From: Eledone cirrhosa
Lineage: Eukaryota
Assembly (NCBI GenBank): GCA_964016885.1
Contig: OZ024740.1
Span: 64,418,001 to 64,482,000 of the forward strand
DNA: 64,000 nt
Direction: 5' to 3'
Part shown: positions 41,373 to 55,028 of the stretch, one piece after another
Layout: each line of letters starts with the position of its first letter
How positions within the stretch are numbered: position 1 is the first letter of the stretch
Program-made: the position numbers and the translations under genes
Notes under the pieces: generated by a model
Databases searched by the model: none
What the model saw: the letters and a program-made list of their open reading frames with translations, nothing else
Told to the model about the DNA's origin: nothing

Positions 41373-41612
41373 CTGTCCTAAGCCCGGTATTTTCGGCGTT
41401 ACGTAACTCGAGTACAAGACACTTCCTTGGACAGGAAGCCAGTCAATATCATGGTTAATACACAGCTACTGTTGGTACTAATTTTCTGTTCTGTGGACTG
41501 GAGCAATGGGAAATTAAGTATTGTTCTTTATAACACAACGCACCACCCGGTTCAGGAAACGAATCAACGATATTACGTTCAACACTCTAACCACTCGGCC
41601 ACGTGCCTTCAC
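41373..41612 (-). mobile_element. tRNA-derived SINE
   Basis: Minus strand GTGAAGGCACGTGGCCGAGTGGTTAGAG (A box) ... GATTCGTTTCC (B-box-like) ... TTGCTCCAGTCCAC core. Confidence 0.7.
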
Positions 41613-42842
41613 TTTCAAATTAGGATAAGCAAGTATTCTTAATTTTCCTCTGGAATAGTAGCTGTAACACAAGGGCACCATAAAGTTAAACGACAAGCCA
41701 GAATATTATTATGTGTTTTGGGTGTAACAAAGCAGATACTGTTATTCATCCAAGCATGTAAATTCTAAATAATTTATGAATACGAAAACTTCTCTAGAAA
41801 ACTATTAGATATGAGTCTTAGCTCAAATGAAATTTGAATCATAATTATGTTTCTGATTTGAAAAGAAAAAAAAAATTAATTTAAAAGAAAAATGTAATTG
41901 AAAGAAAGTTAAAATTTAATAGAAAATTAATTAACTAAAAACAATCTAATGCACTTCTGAGCCATGATATGTGTTGCAGACGGGGATCTGTTGTATCTGG
42001 AGATAATTATAAATTTGATTGTTCATTTCAAATAGATTACGCAAAGGGCATTGTTTACGCTAGATTAATGAACTTAAGCGGCCTCAAAATTAGAAATTAT
42101 TTTATAGCAATCAATTGTTGGAAAGGGTAATGGTGTAACTGTTACTGTTGCAAATAATATTATGAAATAATTATAATAAAAAAAAACTCTTTGAAATAAG
42201 ATGGAATAAAAACGAGTCAGTGCAACGGTTTATTTCTTAATGTAAGTAATGTAAAGGGGTAGAGAAAGATATATGTTGTAATGGGTAATGTAATATGATA
42301 AATCGGTAGTGCTTCGAGCGTATCTAATATTTTCATGCAGCGAATGAATGTTCTTTTTTCATACAATTCGGTAGCGCACTGTAAGAGTTTCTATAATACA
42401 TTATTGGTTTATTCAGTTCTTAGAAGGTAATGCTTGCATGAAAATTCATGCAATGCAGCTTTTGTATTAGAAACGTTCATATTTAAACTAAAGCATAAAT
42501 ATTACAACGATAGATCTGATGCTAAAACAACTTAGCGATCTGTTAAAATAAGCTACGCATTTGAAATCTGAAGCAATGAGATTAATATGAAACAAAATAT
42601 GGCGTGTACTGAATATCACGACTGTTTTTAAACAGTATATCTGAAGTAGAGAAATGGAGAAGTAAAATAAATTCATAATTTCAGCAACATACGTTTAGGT
42701 GACTTATTCTCAATGTGAGTAACAGCGCTCACAAGGAAACTAAGTTTTCAAGGGCGCTATATGGAGGCTGTAAGTTTATTTGGAGAGAGCGGTTTGCTAC
42801 CAGTCTTAGCAGCGAGGGCAAGGAGTGTGGAGCAAGAGTGAA

Positions 42843-42910
42843 AGAGAGAGAGAGAGAGAAAGAGAGAAAGAGAGAAAGAGAGAAAGAGAGAGAAAGAGAG
42901 AAAGAGAGAA

Positions 42911-42955
<45 letters not shown>
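42843..42955. repeat. (GA)n/(GAAA)n microsatellite
   Basis: Read directly from the sequence. Confidence 0.95.
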
Positions 42956-42958
<3 letters not shown>

Positions 42959-43582
42959 TTTCTGACTTTCTCAAATTCCATATTTCAACTGGCCTTAGAT
43001 TTTTTTGTAAAAATTCTACTGAATGAATGTTACACATGTGTAAATTTCGTGAAATCAACAAATGTTTACATTATAAACTCAATATCAACATTTGAAGTTG
43101 GAAATTAAATTTCCACTATTGCAATAAAAAAAATGCAGTTTGGGATATTTTCCCAATCCACTGCATTATATATCGTTAGTATTTGGCTACATATATCACC
43201 CTAACGTTAGATTGCAAGATAGCTTACAAGTTCTAATCAAATCACTATATAAAATAAAAGCGTATACCCACATATATCGGCAGATTTCCCAAATTATAAA
43301 GAAGGATTTCAGTAGCTTTTGTTAAAAATCAAAAGATATTTGCGACAATTTAAAGACCTTTTCGGTTCTATTCTAAATTTTTAAAAATCAGTCGAGGTGA
43401 TACACATTGATCTGGAAAACAAAAGATCTGCTATAGCATACACTGCTAATAATTTTAATAAATTAAACGATATAAACATGAAACTTGTGAAAGCAATTGG
43501 AACAATAATGGCATCTGTCAAAAAGAAAGAAAAAAATTAAACATAGCATAGCAGGTGGGAATTTCCACCATCCAAGTAGATT

Positions 43583-43926
43583 ATTATCATCATCATCCGG
43601 CGGTCTCGGCTGAAATGGACTCAACATTTGATCTCCACATGGGTCTGTCGTTCATTGCCCTTGCCAAGTCCTGGATTTCGATACCAGAATCTCTGGAGAT
43701 GACATCGGGATAGGAGATATTGCGCTCCCTGTTATTAGTGACTGCTTGTGGTTTCCAAAGAACTAATGGGGACACAGCCTCATAGGTGGCACGATGGCAG
43801 TGGCCAGAAAATCTTACTCTCCTTTTCCGTACAATGACAGATTTGCGTGGGAGGCCGGCATATATCTCTCTCGAAGTCAGATGGCGTCAGCTTATGTTCT
43901 GAATGCGCTGAAGCAGGCGAGTGTAA
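43583..43926 (-). mobile_element. RTE-clade LINE 3' fragment
   Basis: YTRLLQRIQNIS...RKRRVRFSGHCHR...LVLWKP...AMNDRPMWR, with a (GAT)n tail. Confidence 0.75.
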
Positions 43927-44375
43927 GTGCACTGGAGGAAAATAAGGTTGAGGATATATTTTTGTAAGATATGGATCTCGACTACTATTGTTCTCAACCT
44001 CAAAGATTTATTAACAAGATTTAATGACTTTGATACACTGATATGTCCCGACTGGGCTATAAATACATTCAAAGCTGATGTAGATAAGGCTGATACAAAT
44101 CTACACGAAATAATTGATTTACAAAATGACATTGAAGTGGAAGTGCAATTTGGACACGATGATTATGAAGCATTCTTGCAAAAAGAACAAAATATTTATC
44201 AGCAAGAAATAAAATCATTGCTACTAGCCTTTCCATCATCATATTTTTCAGAAAAGAATACAGCGCTTTGGTGCAATTGCTAACCACGCGAGGGAATAAG
44301 TAGTAAATAAGGGAAAGGACAGAATTACGACACTGATCATAAGAAATATTAAATCTGATATTGATAAATAAAGTA
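43927..44375 (+). pseudogene. hAT (Charlie/Buster-like) transposase C-terminal fragment
   Basis: TRFNDF...DWAINTF...IIDLQND...LLLAFPSSYFSE resembles the hAT C-terminal dimerisation region. Confidence 0.65.
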
Positions 44376-44379
44376 ACAC

Positions 44380-44620
44380 AGAGGAGACTGAGGTTAGTTG
44401 GACATGCTCACCGACATTCAGAGTTGACACTGCACTCAGTACTCCTGTAGGAGTCCCTGCACGGACACACTAGAAGTTGCAGACCGAGGTTGACATATGT
44501 TGATGCCCTAAGGACAGATACAAGTCTCTTGGAGATGCAGAACATAACAGCGATGATAAGGGACAGAGACCGCTGGAGAGAACTCGTCCATGGATCTCAG
44601 GAATTTTACCCGCCCTTGAT
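44380..44620 (+). mobile_element. RTE-clade LINE 3' fragment (family of 3272-3437)
   Basis: RRLRLVGHAHRH...RPRLTYVDALRTDT...DRDRWRELV. Confidence 0.75.
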
Positions 44621-44932
44621 AGATAGATTAATATTTTTATTTTTTAAATCATCTTCTATTGAAACTGGGCCATCAGAACACTATTCCAAAGATTAGATTT
44701 GTAAGTACAAATTATAAAATTGCTGTCATAGTTTCCATAAAATGAAGGGAGACGTTCTGTTATGAATGGATAATTAGACAAATTATATTTATAATATTAT
44801 AACTTTATCTATTTATTACACTTTTCTAAGGGTGAAAATGTTTGTATGCGCGAGTAATATAATTTTTGCGATCTTGAATTAAATCTATCTATCAATTTCT
44901 CTCTCTCTCTCTCTATCTATCTCTCTCTCTCT

Positions 44933-44979
<47 letters not shown>

Positions 44980-45049
44980 TATGTAGACGTATATATTTAA
45001 GTAACAGCCGTACTAAGAGTGGGAAATGAAATTTCGTTTCATTTTTTCC

Positions 45050-45087
<38 letters not shown>

Positions 45088-45641
45088 CGTTGCAATACCA
45101 TCTTTGTTTGTTTACATGTCTCGCTCGCTTCACGCTATTTTACTTTTCCCCAATAGCTTTATTTAGCTATTGCTTGCACCAACCAGAGGTATATGATTTT
45201 TAAAGCGATGAAATACCAATGAAGGTTGGAAGATCACTGATGAAGGACTAATTTTATTCATATGTAACCCATCTGCAACCACGCAGCACTCCACTTTTCT
45301 TATATACATATATACATATATATATATGGATTGATAGAGAAAAAGAAGAGAGGAAAAGAGAGGAATAGATACGCGTATAAAGGTTCTTGTTTGAAGAAAA
45401 GTTGATATTTATGCTAATTCTAAATATATCTCTATTATTTATCCCATAAACACGATATCAAACGTAATAAGTGTCTTAAAAATCACATTGTTATGACTTC
45501 AAAAAACATAAAAGCTACAATGTATTAATAAACACTTCCACACATGTATATATACATATATACAGTCATGCATACATGCACACATACATTAATGCATACA
45601 TAGATACACATATGTTCATATAAATATATACACAATGAATA

Positions 45642-45672
<31 letters not shown>

Positions 45673-46361
45673 ATATATATAGCTTGGTTGCAACCAGACC
45701 TTCGATGATGCTGTACTAAATGTTGTATTATTATCTCCTAGAATTAACGATTAATTGATTAATTTAATTAGACAATTCTATTGATTGATTAATTGTTTAT
45801 GTTTGTTTATTAAACAAACATCTAGTTGAGTGATTTATTTGGCTTGTGTAAAGGAATTTTATTGCTTTATTCCAAATTTGAATTTGACCGCCCAAAACGG
45901 GAGTTACCTCCCTTCTGGAAAACTATGTGCCTACTACCAGTGTTTAGTGCTATTATTTACAACCGGGAGGACTAGAACGAAAGTAAATTTCACTGTTCTA
46001 TTTTCAAAAAAACAATGACTTGCAGGCCCCTGCAAGTGGATTTTGTCGATTTCGGATTTACAGAAACCTAGCGGAGATATTATATATTATATGTGATATA
46101 TATTATATATTATATATTATGTGTTATCTATGGTATCGACGCGATGGTCCAGGTTTGTCATATTTTATCCTGAGTTCAGTTTTTTTCGTCGCTTTGGTCA
46201 CTACGGCTCGTCTATCGGTCGCTGTCTTCAATTTGCAAAGCTGTCTAAACGTAATGTTATAACTATAAGGTAATATACCTTATTGAGTGCTTAGCTGCAC
46301 ACCCCGACTGCATTAGTTAGCTTGGCTGCAACCAGAGCTTCGATGACGCTATACTAAATTT

Positions 46362-46432
<71 letters not shown>

Positions 46433-46563
46433 GTGTATAATGGTAGCTATGGTGCTTCCATAGGCGGTATGCCAAAATTAGCACTCGATATTCAGCAGAG
46501 TAGAGTGTATATATTATAAAGAAAACGAAAAATCGGTGATGCATCTGGACTTAGTTTATTGCA

Positions 46564-46650
46564 TGTTACAAATGTTTCGCCGGCAGGTAGCTCGAGACAT
46601 GGTCCTTGTATGGATCTGGCTGATTCTACTTCTGCGGGTTCTTTCAGACA
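46564..46650 (-). ncRNA. Hammerhead-like motif with long stem II loop
   Basis: Minus strand TGT-CTGAAAGA-..CCCGCAG...CTGCCGGC-GAAAC-attt-GTA-ACA, then AATAAA. Confidence 0.35.
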
Positions 46651-47200
46651 CCAGTGTTTCGTCTGGAGCAAATTTTATCACTGGGTTGTTATCATCATAA
46701 ACACCCTCAAAAAATCCTACTTCCACTCTTGTCATGCCATTGGCTGTTTTTACTCCACGTCATCACAAGTTCCGGTCAGCATCTGCTGCCACACGGTTCA
46801 TAAACCATTTTCCAAACGACACATTTCGATGGAGTCATGCTGGGTACAGTACTTCACACGACTGCTCACACTTCAGAGTAAGCACCCACACATACTAAAA
46901 TACACACATAAACACACACACATGCAGACACATACCTATTTATGCATACACACACACGTACGCCTACATGCGCAGGCACACACCCCCCCACATACATACC
47001 TGAAAGTATATATACACACACCCTCTCTCCCTCACTTCCACGGACCCAGTCACACCCACTTGTTGATACATATCGCCACAAGCCTTATGACGGCTGCTTA
47101 CTTCGCCCCCTGTATCAATTGGGATTAGCATAGCCTACTCAAACATACACATATATACATAAATACGCGCGCACACATACATACGCCCAACCTTATATAC

Positions 47201-47240
<40 letters not shown>

Positions 47241-47470
47241 TCATACACACACATGCCCACACATACATACAAATACACATACGTACACAAACATTACATA
47301 CACACGTACATACACACACATACATATATATATATATATACACACAAAAAGAAACAACTTAACATGCATACGCACATCCACATATATACATACAAATACC
47401 TACGCATATGCCGATATACATACATCTACACATGCATACGCATACGTGTTGCCACATGCATACACCTGCA

Positions 47471-47662
47471 CATATGCATATCTGCCTACACACAAATGTG
47501 CTTCCACATATACATATATAAACACAACCGTAAATTAAAAGTTAAAAATACATTATGCAATAAAAAAACAATATACCATAAAATAATGGTAAGTTACTGT
47601 AACATAAAAAAATATACAATGAAATATAATATACAATATGATATATATATATATATATCTCC

Positions 47663-47716
<54 letters not shown>

Positions 47717-48056
47717 TGTACTCAGACTCATACATACATATACGGATATATATAAAGGATATGTGATAAAGTAATACAAGAATAATAGTAATAATAAAAA
47801 GCATATATAGTCCATATATAATCCATATATAATCATCCGCACACATTCCTATCAGATGCACATAAACACATACATGTATGCACAAATACACATACACACA
47901 TATAGAGGCCCGTATATGCCTGCACCTGCACCCACACATATACCTATATATATATACACACACATACATATATATATATACACACACTTACCCACCCACA
48001 CACACACACATCTACTCATACGTGGCTATACGTACATACTCACACATACATAGATA

Positions 48057-48092
<36 letters not shown>

Positions 48093-49954
48093 TATATACA
48101 CACACATAAACATATACACACATACACCCACATTCCGCCACATATGTATATACATGCACATGCCTGCACATAGACGCGCGTATAGGCTCATGCACACACG
48201 CACCCATGCCCATACACACACCCCAGCAGCCACCCACATATATATATATACATACACATCTACACACACACACGTACATATAACCACGCACAGGTCCATG
48301 ATAATAAAATAAATAAATAAATTTACAATATTTTAGTGTACATTAAAATCTGTATGTAACTGCATAAATAGGTACAAGAAAGGAAGGGGTAAAATAAAGG
48401 AACGGGTAAAATAAAAAAAACGGGGGGGGGGGTACAGGAGAAGGTGCGTGCGTCCATGCGATATACTACACACAGGTATTATGAGATGCAAACTTGTGTC
48501 CGTGTATAGAACAGGTAACAGTAACAGAACAATGATAGAACAATAATGATAGTGGAACAGGTGTAGAGTATATAGTCACGATTGACGGGGTACACATTCA
48601 ATGTGACGCCCGTCCCAGTCGCCATGGGCATGGCACCGTGGCTGGGGTGTGCTGTTCTATATGTTTAGGGCACAGAACCTTGAGAACCTTGAGAGGGCCA
48701 TAACCGATCGTGGCCCGGACATCGGACGCACACGTACTGACAGCAGAATTTGCAACTGTAGAGCGGGCACTCGGTGGCCCCTACAGGGAAAATGCTTAAT
48801 GAAAGATTAATATACAAGTGTGTCGTTAAAACCCCAAAACGCGCATCGAACCTACATCGGCCAAACATCCACGACATTTAAATCGCGGATGTATAATCAA
48901 ACGAATTCCTTCAGGGACGGTAGCAAAAGGCACTCCACTAGGTTTGCGGACCTCAAGTGGGACATGAAAGACCACGGCACTCCATATGCCCTGGAATGGA
49001 GTATCGTTCGCAACGCGAGGGCATATTCGACCGGAAGTAGAAAGTGCCGATTGTGCCCACACGAGACTATGGAGATAGTCAGACTGAAGGATGACGCCGT
49101 CAACCTGAAGTCTGAAATTATCATGACATGCAGACACCAGAGAAGATGCACATTTGCAGCATGGAATCCGCCGGGTGATGCAGGCAGGGGGCATGGGAAC
49201 GAGTACGCACAGACCCGATTGGCCTAGCAGGATTAGAGGACCTGACGCCATGACATGATGACGGTGTCCGACCCGTGAGGCAATCATATGTAAACCAGGT
49301 TCGCACGTGACCGGGCACACAACATTGGAAGATACACCGCATGGGCCGGGACCGGCTGACACGGGGCCCACTGCCGCCCGATCCTGTGCCCTAAACATAT
49401 AGAGCAGCTCACCCCAGCCACGGTGCCATGCCCATAGCGACCGTGACGGGCGTCACATTGAATGTGTACCCCGTCAATCGTGACTATATACTCTACACCT
49501 GTTCCACTATCATTATTGTTCTATCATTGTTCTGTTACTGTTACCTGTTCTATACACGGACACAAGTTTGCATCTCATAATACCTGTGTGTAGTATATCG
49601 CATGGACGCACGCACCTTCTCCTGTACCTACCCCCCCCCGTTTTTTATTTTACCCCTTCCTTTCTTGTATGCAGTTACATACAGATTTTAATGTACCCTA
49701 AAATATTGTAAATTTATTTATTTATTTTATTTTATTATCATATTGTGCTTATATTCGCGTGTTTTTATGTGTGGACCTGTGCGTGTGTATATGTACGTGT
49801 GTGTGTGTAGATGAGTATGTATATATATATACGTGGGTGGGTGGTGGGTGTGTGTATGGGCATGGGTGCGTGTGTATGTGCAGGCATGTGCCTGTATATA
49901 CATATGTTGCGGAATGTGGGTGTATGTGTGTATATGTATATGTGTGTGTATATA

Positions 49955-50048
<94 letters not shown>

Positions 50049-50134
50049 TATCTATGTATGTGTGAGTATGTACGAATAACCACGTATGAGTAGATGTGTG
50101 TGTGTGGGGGTGGGTCAGTGTGTGTATATATATA

Positions 50135-50166
<32 letters not shown>

Positions 50167-50383
50167 GATATATGTGTGGGTGCAGGTGCATGCATATGCG
50201 GGCCTCTATATGTGTGTATGTATTTGTGCATACATGTATGTGTTTATGTGCATCTCATAGGAATGTGTGCGGATGATTATATATGGACTATATATGCTTT
50301 TTATTATTACTATTATTCTTGTTGTATTACTTTATCACATATTCTTTATATATACCCGTATATGTATGAGTCTGTGTACATGT

Positions 50384-50460
<77 letters not shown>

Positions 50461-50632
50461 ATCATATTATATATTATATTACATTGTTTATTTTTTATGT
50501 TACTGTAATTTACCATTATTTTATGGTATATTGTTTTTTTATTGCATAATGTATTTTTAACTTTTAATTTACGGTTGTGTTTATATATGTATATGTGGCA
50601 GCACATGTGTGTGTAGGCAGATATGCATGTAT
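47471..50632 (+). mobile_element. Penelope-like element 3' remnant with inverted pseudo-LTRs
   Basis: Arms 47471-48675 and 49384-50632 are inverted repeats enclosing a GIY-YIG remnant. Confidence 0.8.
48752..49227 (+). pseudogene. Penelope-like C-terminal GIY-YIG endonuclease remnant (Hydra-clade-like motifs)
   Basis: CNCRAGTRWPLQGKCL / LIYKCVV / TYIGQTSTTFKSR...SF...LEWSI...Y...CRLC..E...NLKSE...CRH across frameshifts; no RT upstream. Confidence 0.85.
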
Positions 50633-50653
50633 GGCTTATCATATATGGTTTAG

Positions 50654-50994
50654 CTAGCAATTTCTGAGTGCATGTCAGCTTATGTCAGCTAATTGGCTAC
50701 CCAATTAGAGGTCGCCTCAATAGCACGTGCCAAATTGGCCTAGTACTTCAAAATTTAAAAGGAGCCTAGTATTTGTACACAGACAGATACACACACAAAA
50801 TCGACATTTCGACCTTTCGACCAAAATCGACATTTTTTTCACATTTGTTTTGGTCCAAAACCTGCTATGGCATATAAGCAATACCTGTGCCAAATTTGGT
50901 TGAAATCGGCCTAGTACTTCAAAAGTTAAAAGGAGCCTAGTATTTCTACACAGACAGACACACACAGAGACAGACTTGCTTTTATATATATAGA
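50654..50994 (-). mobile_element. Non-autonomous Helitron-like element with internal duplication
   Basis: Minus strand starts A|TCTATATATATAAAAG and has (GTCT/GTGT)n and CCGATTTCAACCAAATTTGGCAC; GGCCTAGTACTTCAAAA..AGGAGCCTAGTATTT occurs twice. Confidence 0.45.
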
Positions 50995-51215
50995 TTTTTA
51001 TATATGTTCATAGACGGAACAAAGGGGCTACCCAAAGTTTCAATGCCCAGTATTGACCATATCTCCAGAAATGTAAGAGGGACCAAAATTGTGACCTAAA
51101 CTCGTAAAAGCGCTTTTGAATTACGGTATGTTTATCAATAAACATATAGAAATCCATACCTATGAATGACACTGCTGCAAATGTGGTTTGCAAATTATAT
51201 ATATATATATATATA

Positions 51216-51404
51216 GGAAAATGTATGACCCCGACAGCAGAGCTCAAGCCGTTTCGACGGCTATTTCAGTCCAGAAATAGCCGTTGAAACTGCTTGAGCT
51301 CTGTCGTCGGGGTCATACATTATCTTATTACCCACTCTACTAGCCTAAGTATTGACTACTCTGGTGTGTTATGGTCCATCTGGTTCCTTACCACAACTCC
51401 TTCG

Positions 51405-51405
<1 letters not shown>
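51216..51405 (+). mobile_element. TA-flanked fold-back element (family of 11297-11481)
   Basis: Imperfect palindrome with loop AGTCCA and the same tail ending CTCCTTCGT; (TA)n both sides. Confidence 0.85.
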
Positions 51406-51501
<96 letters not shown>

Positions 51502-51520
51502 CATATATTCATATACATAT

Positions 51521-52038
51521 ACCAAGGTTTCTTGGTGTAGGAGGGTGACTTTGGACATCCTTCAGGGCTAAAAACAAAACCTGTCAAAGAGCAAAGGAGC
51601 TTTTACGAGTCAATGGCCATCCAAAATCACCGGGAGAGAGGACCCCTTAGCCTTTGTCAAGGCAGAATTCTAGGAGAAGGAAAACTTTGATATAACACCT
51701 GCAACCCTGATGGTATCCAATGATGTTGACTTGTTCTTCTTTTTGGTAAATATCAATTTCGTTAAGAGAGTGGGACTGGCTTTGTGCAATGCTCACTATA
51801 AAAGCTTCACGGCACAGGCATTGCTTTATATCTGGAGATCTCTCTGCACTTGTCATCACATGGTACCATGGGCCCAGCACTATGTGTCAATAATTGTCAC
51901 TAGTGTATTGTTTGTACCAGAGTTTTCAAGTCGCTGGCTGGACTAAAAAGTCACACTTGTTCAGCGCACCGGTAGGGGTTCTCCTACATGGATATAAAGT
52001 AGTGGCCGTACTCGAAAACGAGTTGGCAGCCACCACCA
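51521..52038 (-). mobile_element. Dispersed repeat in (TA)n, possibly a Penelope-like 3' fragment
   Basis: Shares sequence with 1-137; minus-strand peptide CREAFIVSIAQSQSHSLNE weakly resembles a GIY-YIG C-terminal E...I...LN motif. Confidence 0.4.
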
Positions 52039-52040
52039 TG

Positions 52041-52117
<77 letters not shown>

Positions 52118-52249
52118 GAAAATTATAGAAATTGTTGTAGCGAGAAGCTAACAGTATTCCATAATATAAAAGTGACTATAGCGTCAAAATGGGAAAATAG
52201 TTAACATAAGATATGGGAAAAATAATAAATATATATATATAAATAAATA

Positions 52250-52304
<55 letters not shown>

Positions 52305-52509
52305 CTACATATGTGTACTGGTGCACTTGGTGCCCTGAAATACCGAGTTATGTATGAATATACTTAATGAATATTTAATAATATACTGTATGTTTATTAA
52401 AAAACATTTTGAAGGTCATTCGCTTTGAATTTTAAGGTGGTGACTAACGTCACATACCTAGCTTCGGCAAAAGCAATGGGGAGTAATCGACGTTGATTGC
52501 TTCTCACTC

Positions 52510-52675
52510 ATAAGTGGTTGTCATAACTACATACTATAGCTTTCGTCTATAGTATGTAGTCGTGACAACCACTTATAAGTATATATAATTATATTATGTT
52601 TCCTCCCGTTGTATTGTAATGTCTACGCCATTTTTCTGGCGTGGACATTACAATACAACGGGAGGAAACATAATA
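52510..52675. repeat. Two adjacent long hairpins (30-bp and 39-bp arms)
   Basis: 52510-52539/52547-52576 (2 mismatches) and 52592-52630/52637-52675 (1 mismatch). Confidence 0.9.
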
Positions 52676-52725
52676 GTTACACTGATGATGTCACAGATGT
52701 GTGACGAAAGAACTTTGATAGACTA
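52674..52725 (+). ncRNA. Hammerhead-like motif
   Basis: CA-CTGATGA-T-GTCACA-gatg-TGTGAC-GAAAG-aa-CTT-TG: perfect 6-bp stem II and both core boxes. Confidence 0.65.
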
Positions 52726-52956
52726 TATATATATATATTTATCTGTATTTATAACCGTTTGTCAATCAATGATAAATATTGATTGCCAGATAAATTAAGT
52801 ATGGAGATATAAAAGACATAGAAGCGAAAACCAATCCAAAACAAACAGTGAGTGTGTTATTATTATTTCTGGCAATATTATAAAAATATGACCCTCCCCA
52901 AATATAACAATATTTGTTTCAACACACAATTTCATATAAAAAACCTTGCAAAACAA

Positions 52957-52959
<3 letters not shown>

Positions 52960-53027
<68 letters not shown>
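52960..53027. repeat. (GA)n microsatellite
   Basis: Read directly from the sequence. Confidence 0.95.
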
Positions 53028-53030
<3 letters not shown>

Positions 53031-54317
53031 GAAGCGAATGACAATATTAATGATTCTAGAAAGGGATTATGATTTACATGACAAAACTTGATATTCGAAA
53101 TATCAACATGTTACATACAAGCAGTATGCCGAAGTTGTAACTTTTAAAATTTTATTGCTATCAATTTGTTGTCACTGTTGTTGTTTTGCCTTAAGTCAAC
53201 CCCGATTTGACATAGATATCGCCATTTTATCGCCATTTTTACATAGATATCGGCATTTTCTGTAGGCATAATACACTATGCATTACATTTTAAAGATTGT
53301 CGCAAATAACTTGAGGGAGATTTGTCTTCTATTCCTAGTATGTTGAGCAAACAGGTAGAAATACACCCGTGTTAATGTTTAAGAACATAAATATTCAGGT
53401 GTATTAACTTTTTCGCGTGTTATACTTAGATATTGAGCTAACAATAGTTGATATTCCGCTTTCTGGTATCATATCCCGGAAATATAATTGTGAACCAATC
53501 AAACAGCCTTCTGGAAGTTTCCTCAATACAGAATATTATTAAGTTATCAAAATGTGCAGTATTAGTTTCTCTAAGACTTCGCTAGTACTAGATTATATCT
53601 ATTAGCGCTATCAGAACTTTCTAGTTAGATTGATAGAAAATACAACTTCATACAAATCTATTACTGAATGTAATCTATATATTAACCATACAACTGAAAA
53701 TCCAGAGAGAGAGGGAGATATATATATATATATATGTATAGAGAGAGAGATGTGGAAAGGAAGAAACAGAGAATGAGACAGTTGCAGAGAAAAAGAAAAT
53801 GAATACTAAACTAATAAATAAACAATTATTTCTGAAGTTCAGCGAGAGGTGTCGTTTGTTGATTAATTTGTAGCGTCAAATTCCCTGCGGATGTTTTCTT
53901 GTACTCAGGCATGGTTAAACCAGCATATCTCTTGGAGGGTTTACATTATTCATAAAACAAGCTGCAGGAATTACATAAATAGTGATATTCCAGCGCATTC
54001 AAATATGAAGTTTTACATGTAACCTAACAAGTGCACAAGAAAGTCGGGTTAAGACACTTTGAGAGTAAAATCGATACATGTTTATGTCGATGGAAAACTT
54101 TCATTGCTTTGACAGTATGTGTGTATAGATAATATAACTGAGAGGCATGTCACAAGTTCACGAGTTCAAATTCCGAGGCAGGTGTATTCTTATATGTCTG
54201 CGTTGGAGACTCAAAGTTTCTTGTGATAAGTATGATATCTATCTATCTACCTATCTACCCATCTACCTATCTACCCATCTACCCATCTACCTATCTCTAT
54301 CTATCTATCTATCTAAT

Positions 54318-54690
54318 AGGATGGTGAGAGAGGAGAGAGAGGTGCTACACCCCAGTAAATTGGCTGAAAGGTGGGTGAATGTAGCGAAAATGGCCTGAAT
54401 GAAAGGGCCTTCTCTGTATATAAACTTGTAGGTTTAGGAAGACAAAAAGAGGGAAGACGGGAACACCTTCAAAACGTGCTTCTGGTGTTGAGGGTTGTTC
54501 TATCTACAGGGTGTAAAACCACCACGCAGTAACGTTCCCCCCTATTGGGGATTTCGATTGTTATTTTATTTAATATATAGTTTATTGTTATTCATTAATG
54601 TTAAAGTTATACGCTTTTTAAGTAAAAACCCCGCCGTCACGTCTTGTAATGTCCTATTTTTTTGTCGGCCCCTGTGGCAAATAAAGAAAT
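54318..54690 (+). mobile_element. 3'-end fragment of a Tx1/L1-type LINE (related to 61031-61398)
   Basis: Colinear similarity to the ORF2 end and 3' UTR of the downstream element; (ATCT)n both sides. Confidence 0.85.
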
Positions 54691-55028
54691 ATATCTACCT
54701 ATCCATCTATCTATCTATTTATTTATCTATCTATCTATCAGTCTAGCTATATGTTTATCTGTATGGCTGTCTATTTGTCTCTCTATGTATCTGTCTGTTT
54801 GTTTGTCTATCTATCTATCTGGGATGGACACACGCGTGAAACTTGCTGGGTAAGTTCTGCCTAAATTTCTATAGAAATTCCTAACTGTAAACCTTCATTT
54901 TTGTACCATTTTGTAGAGGGACTGCCAGGTCAAATTTTGATCTGGTCAGTCTCTCAAAATATTCTACGCCTTTAGGCGAAATAGTACATAAAAAGTTTTT
55001 TTTTGAAAAAAGCTAACATTTTAAAAAA

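Noticed and set aside
38890-43580. Possible host exons in the least repetitive stretch
   Set aside because: Only short ORFs without recognisable motifs; small exons cannot be excluded without RNA data.
45238-45262. CTGATGAAGGACTA, resembling the 1912 hammerhead
   Set aside because: No closing stem II or GAAA box follows.
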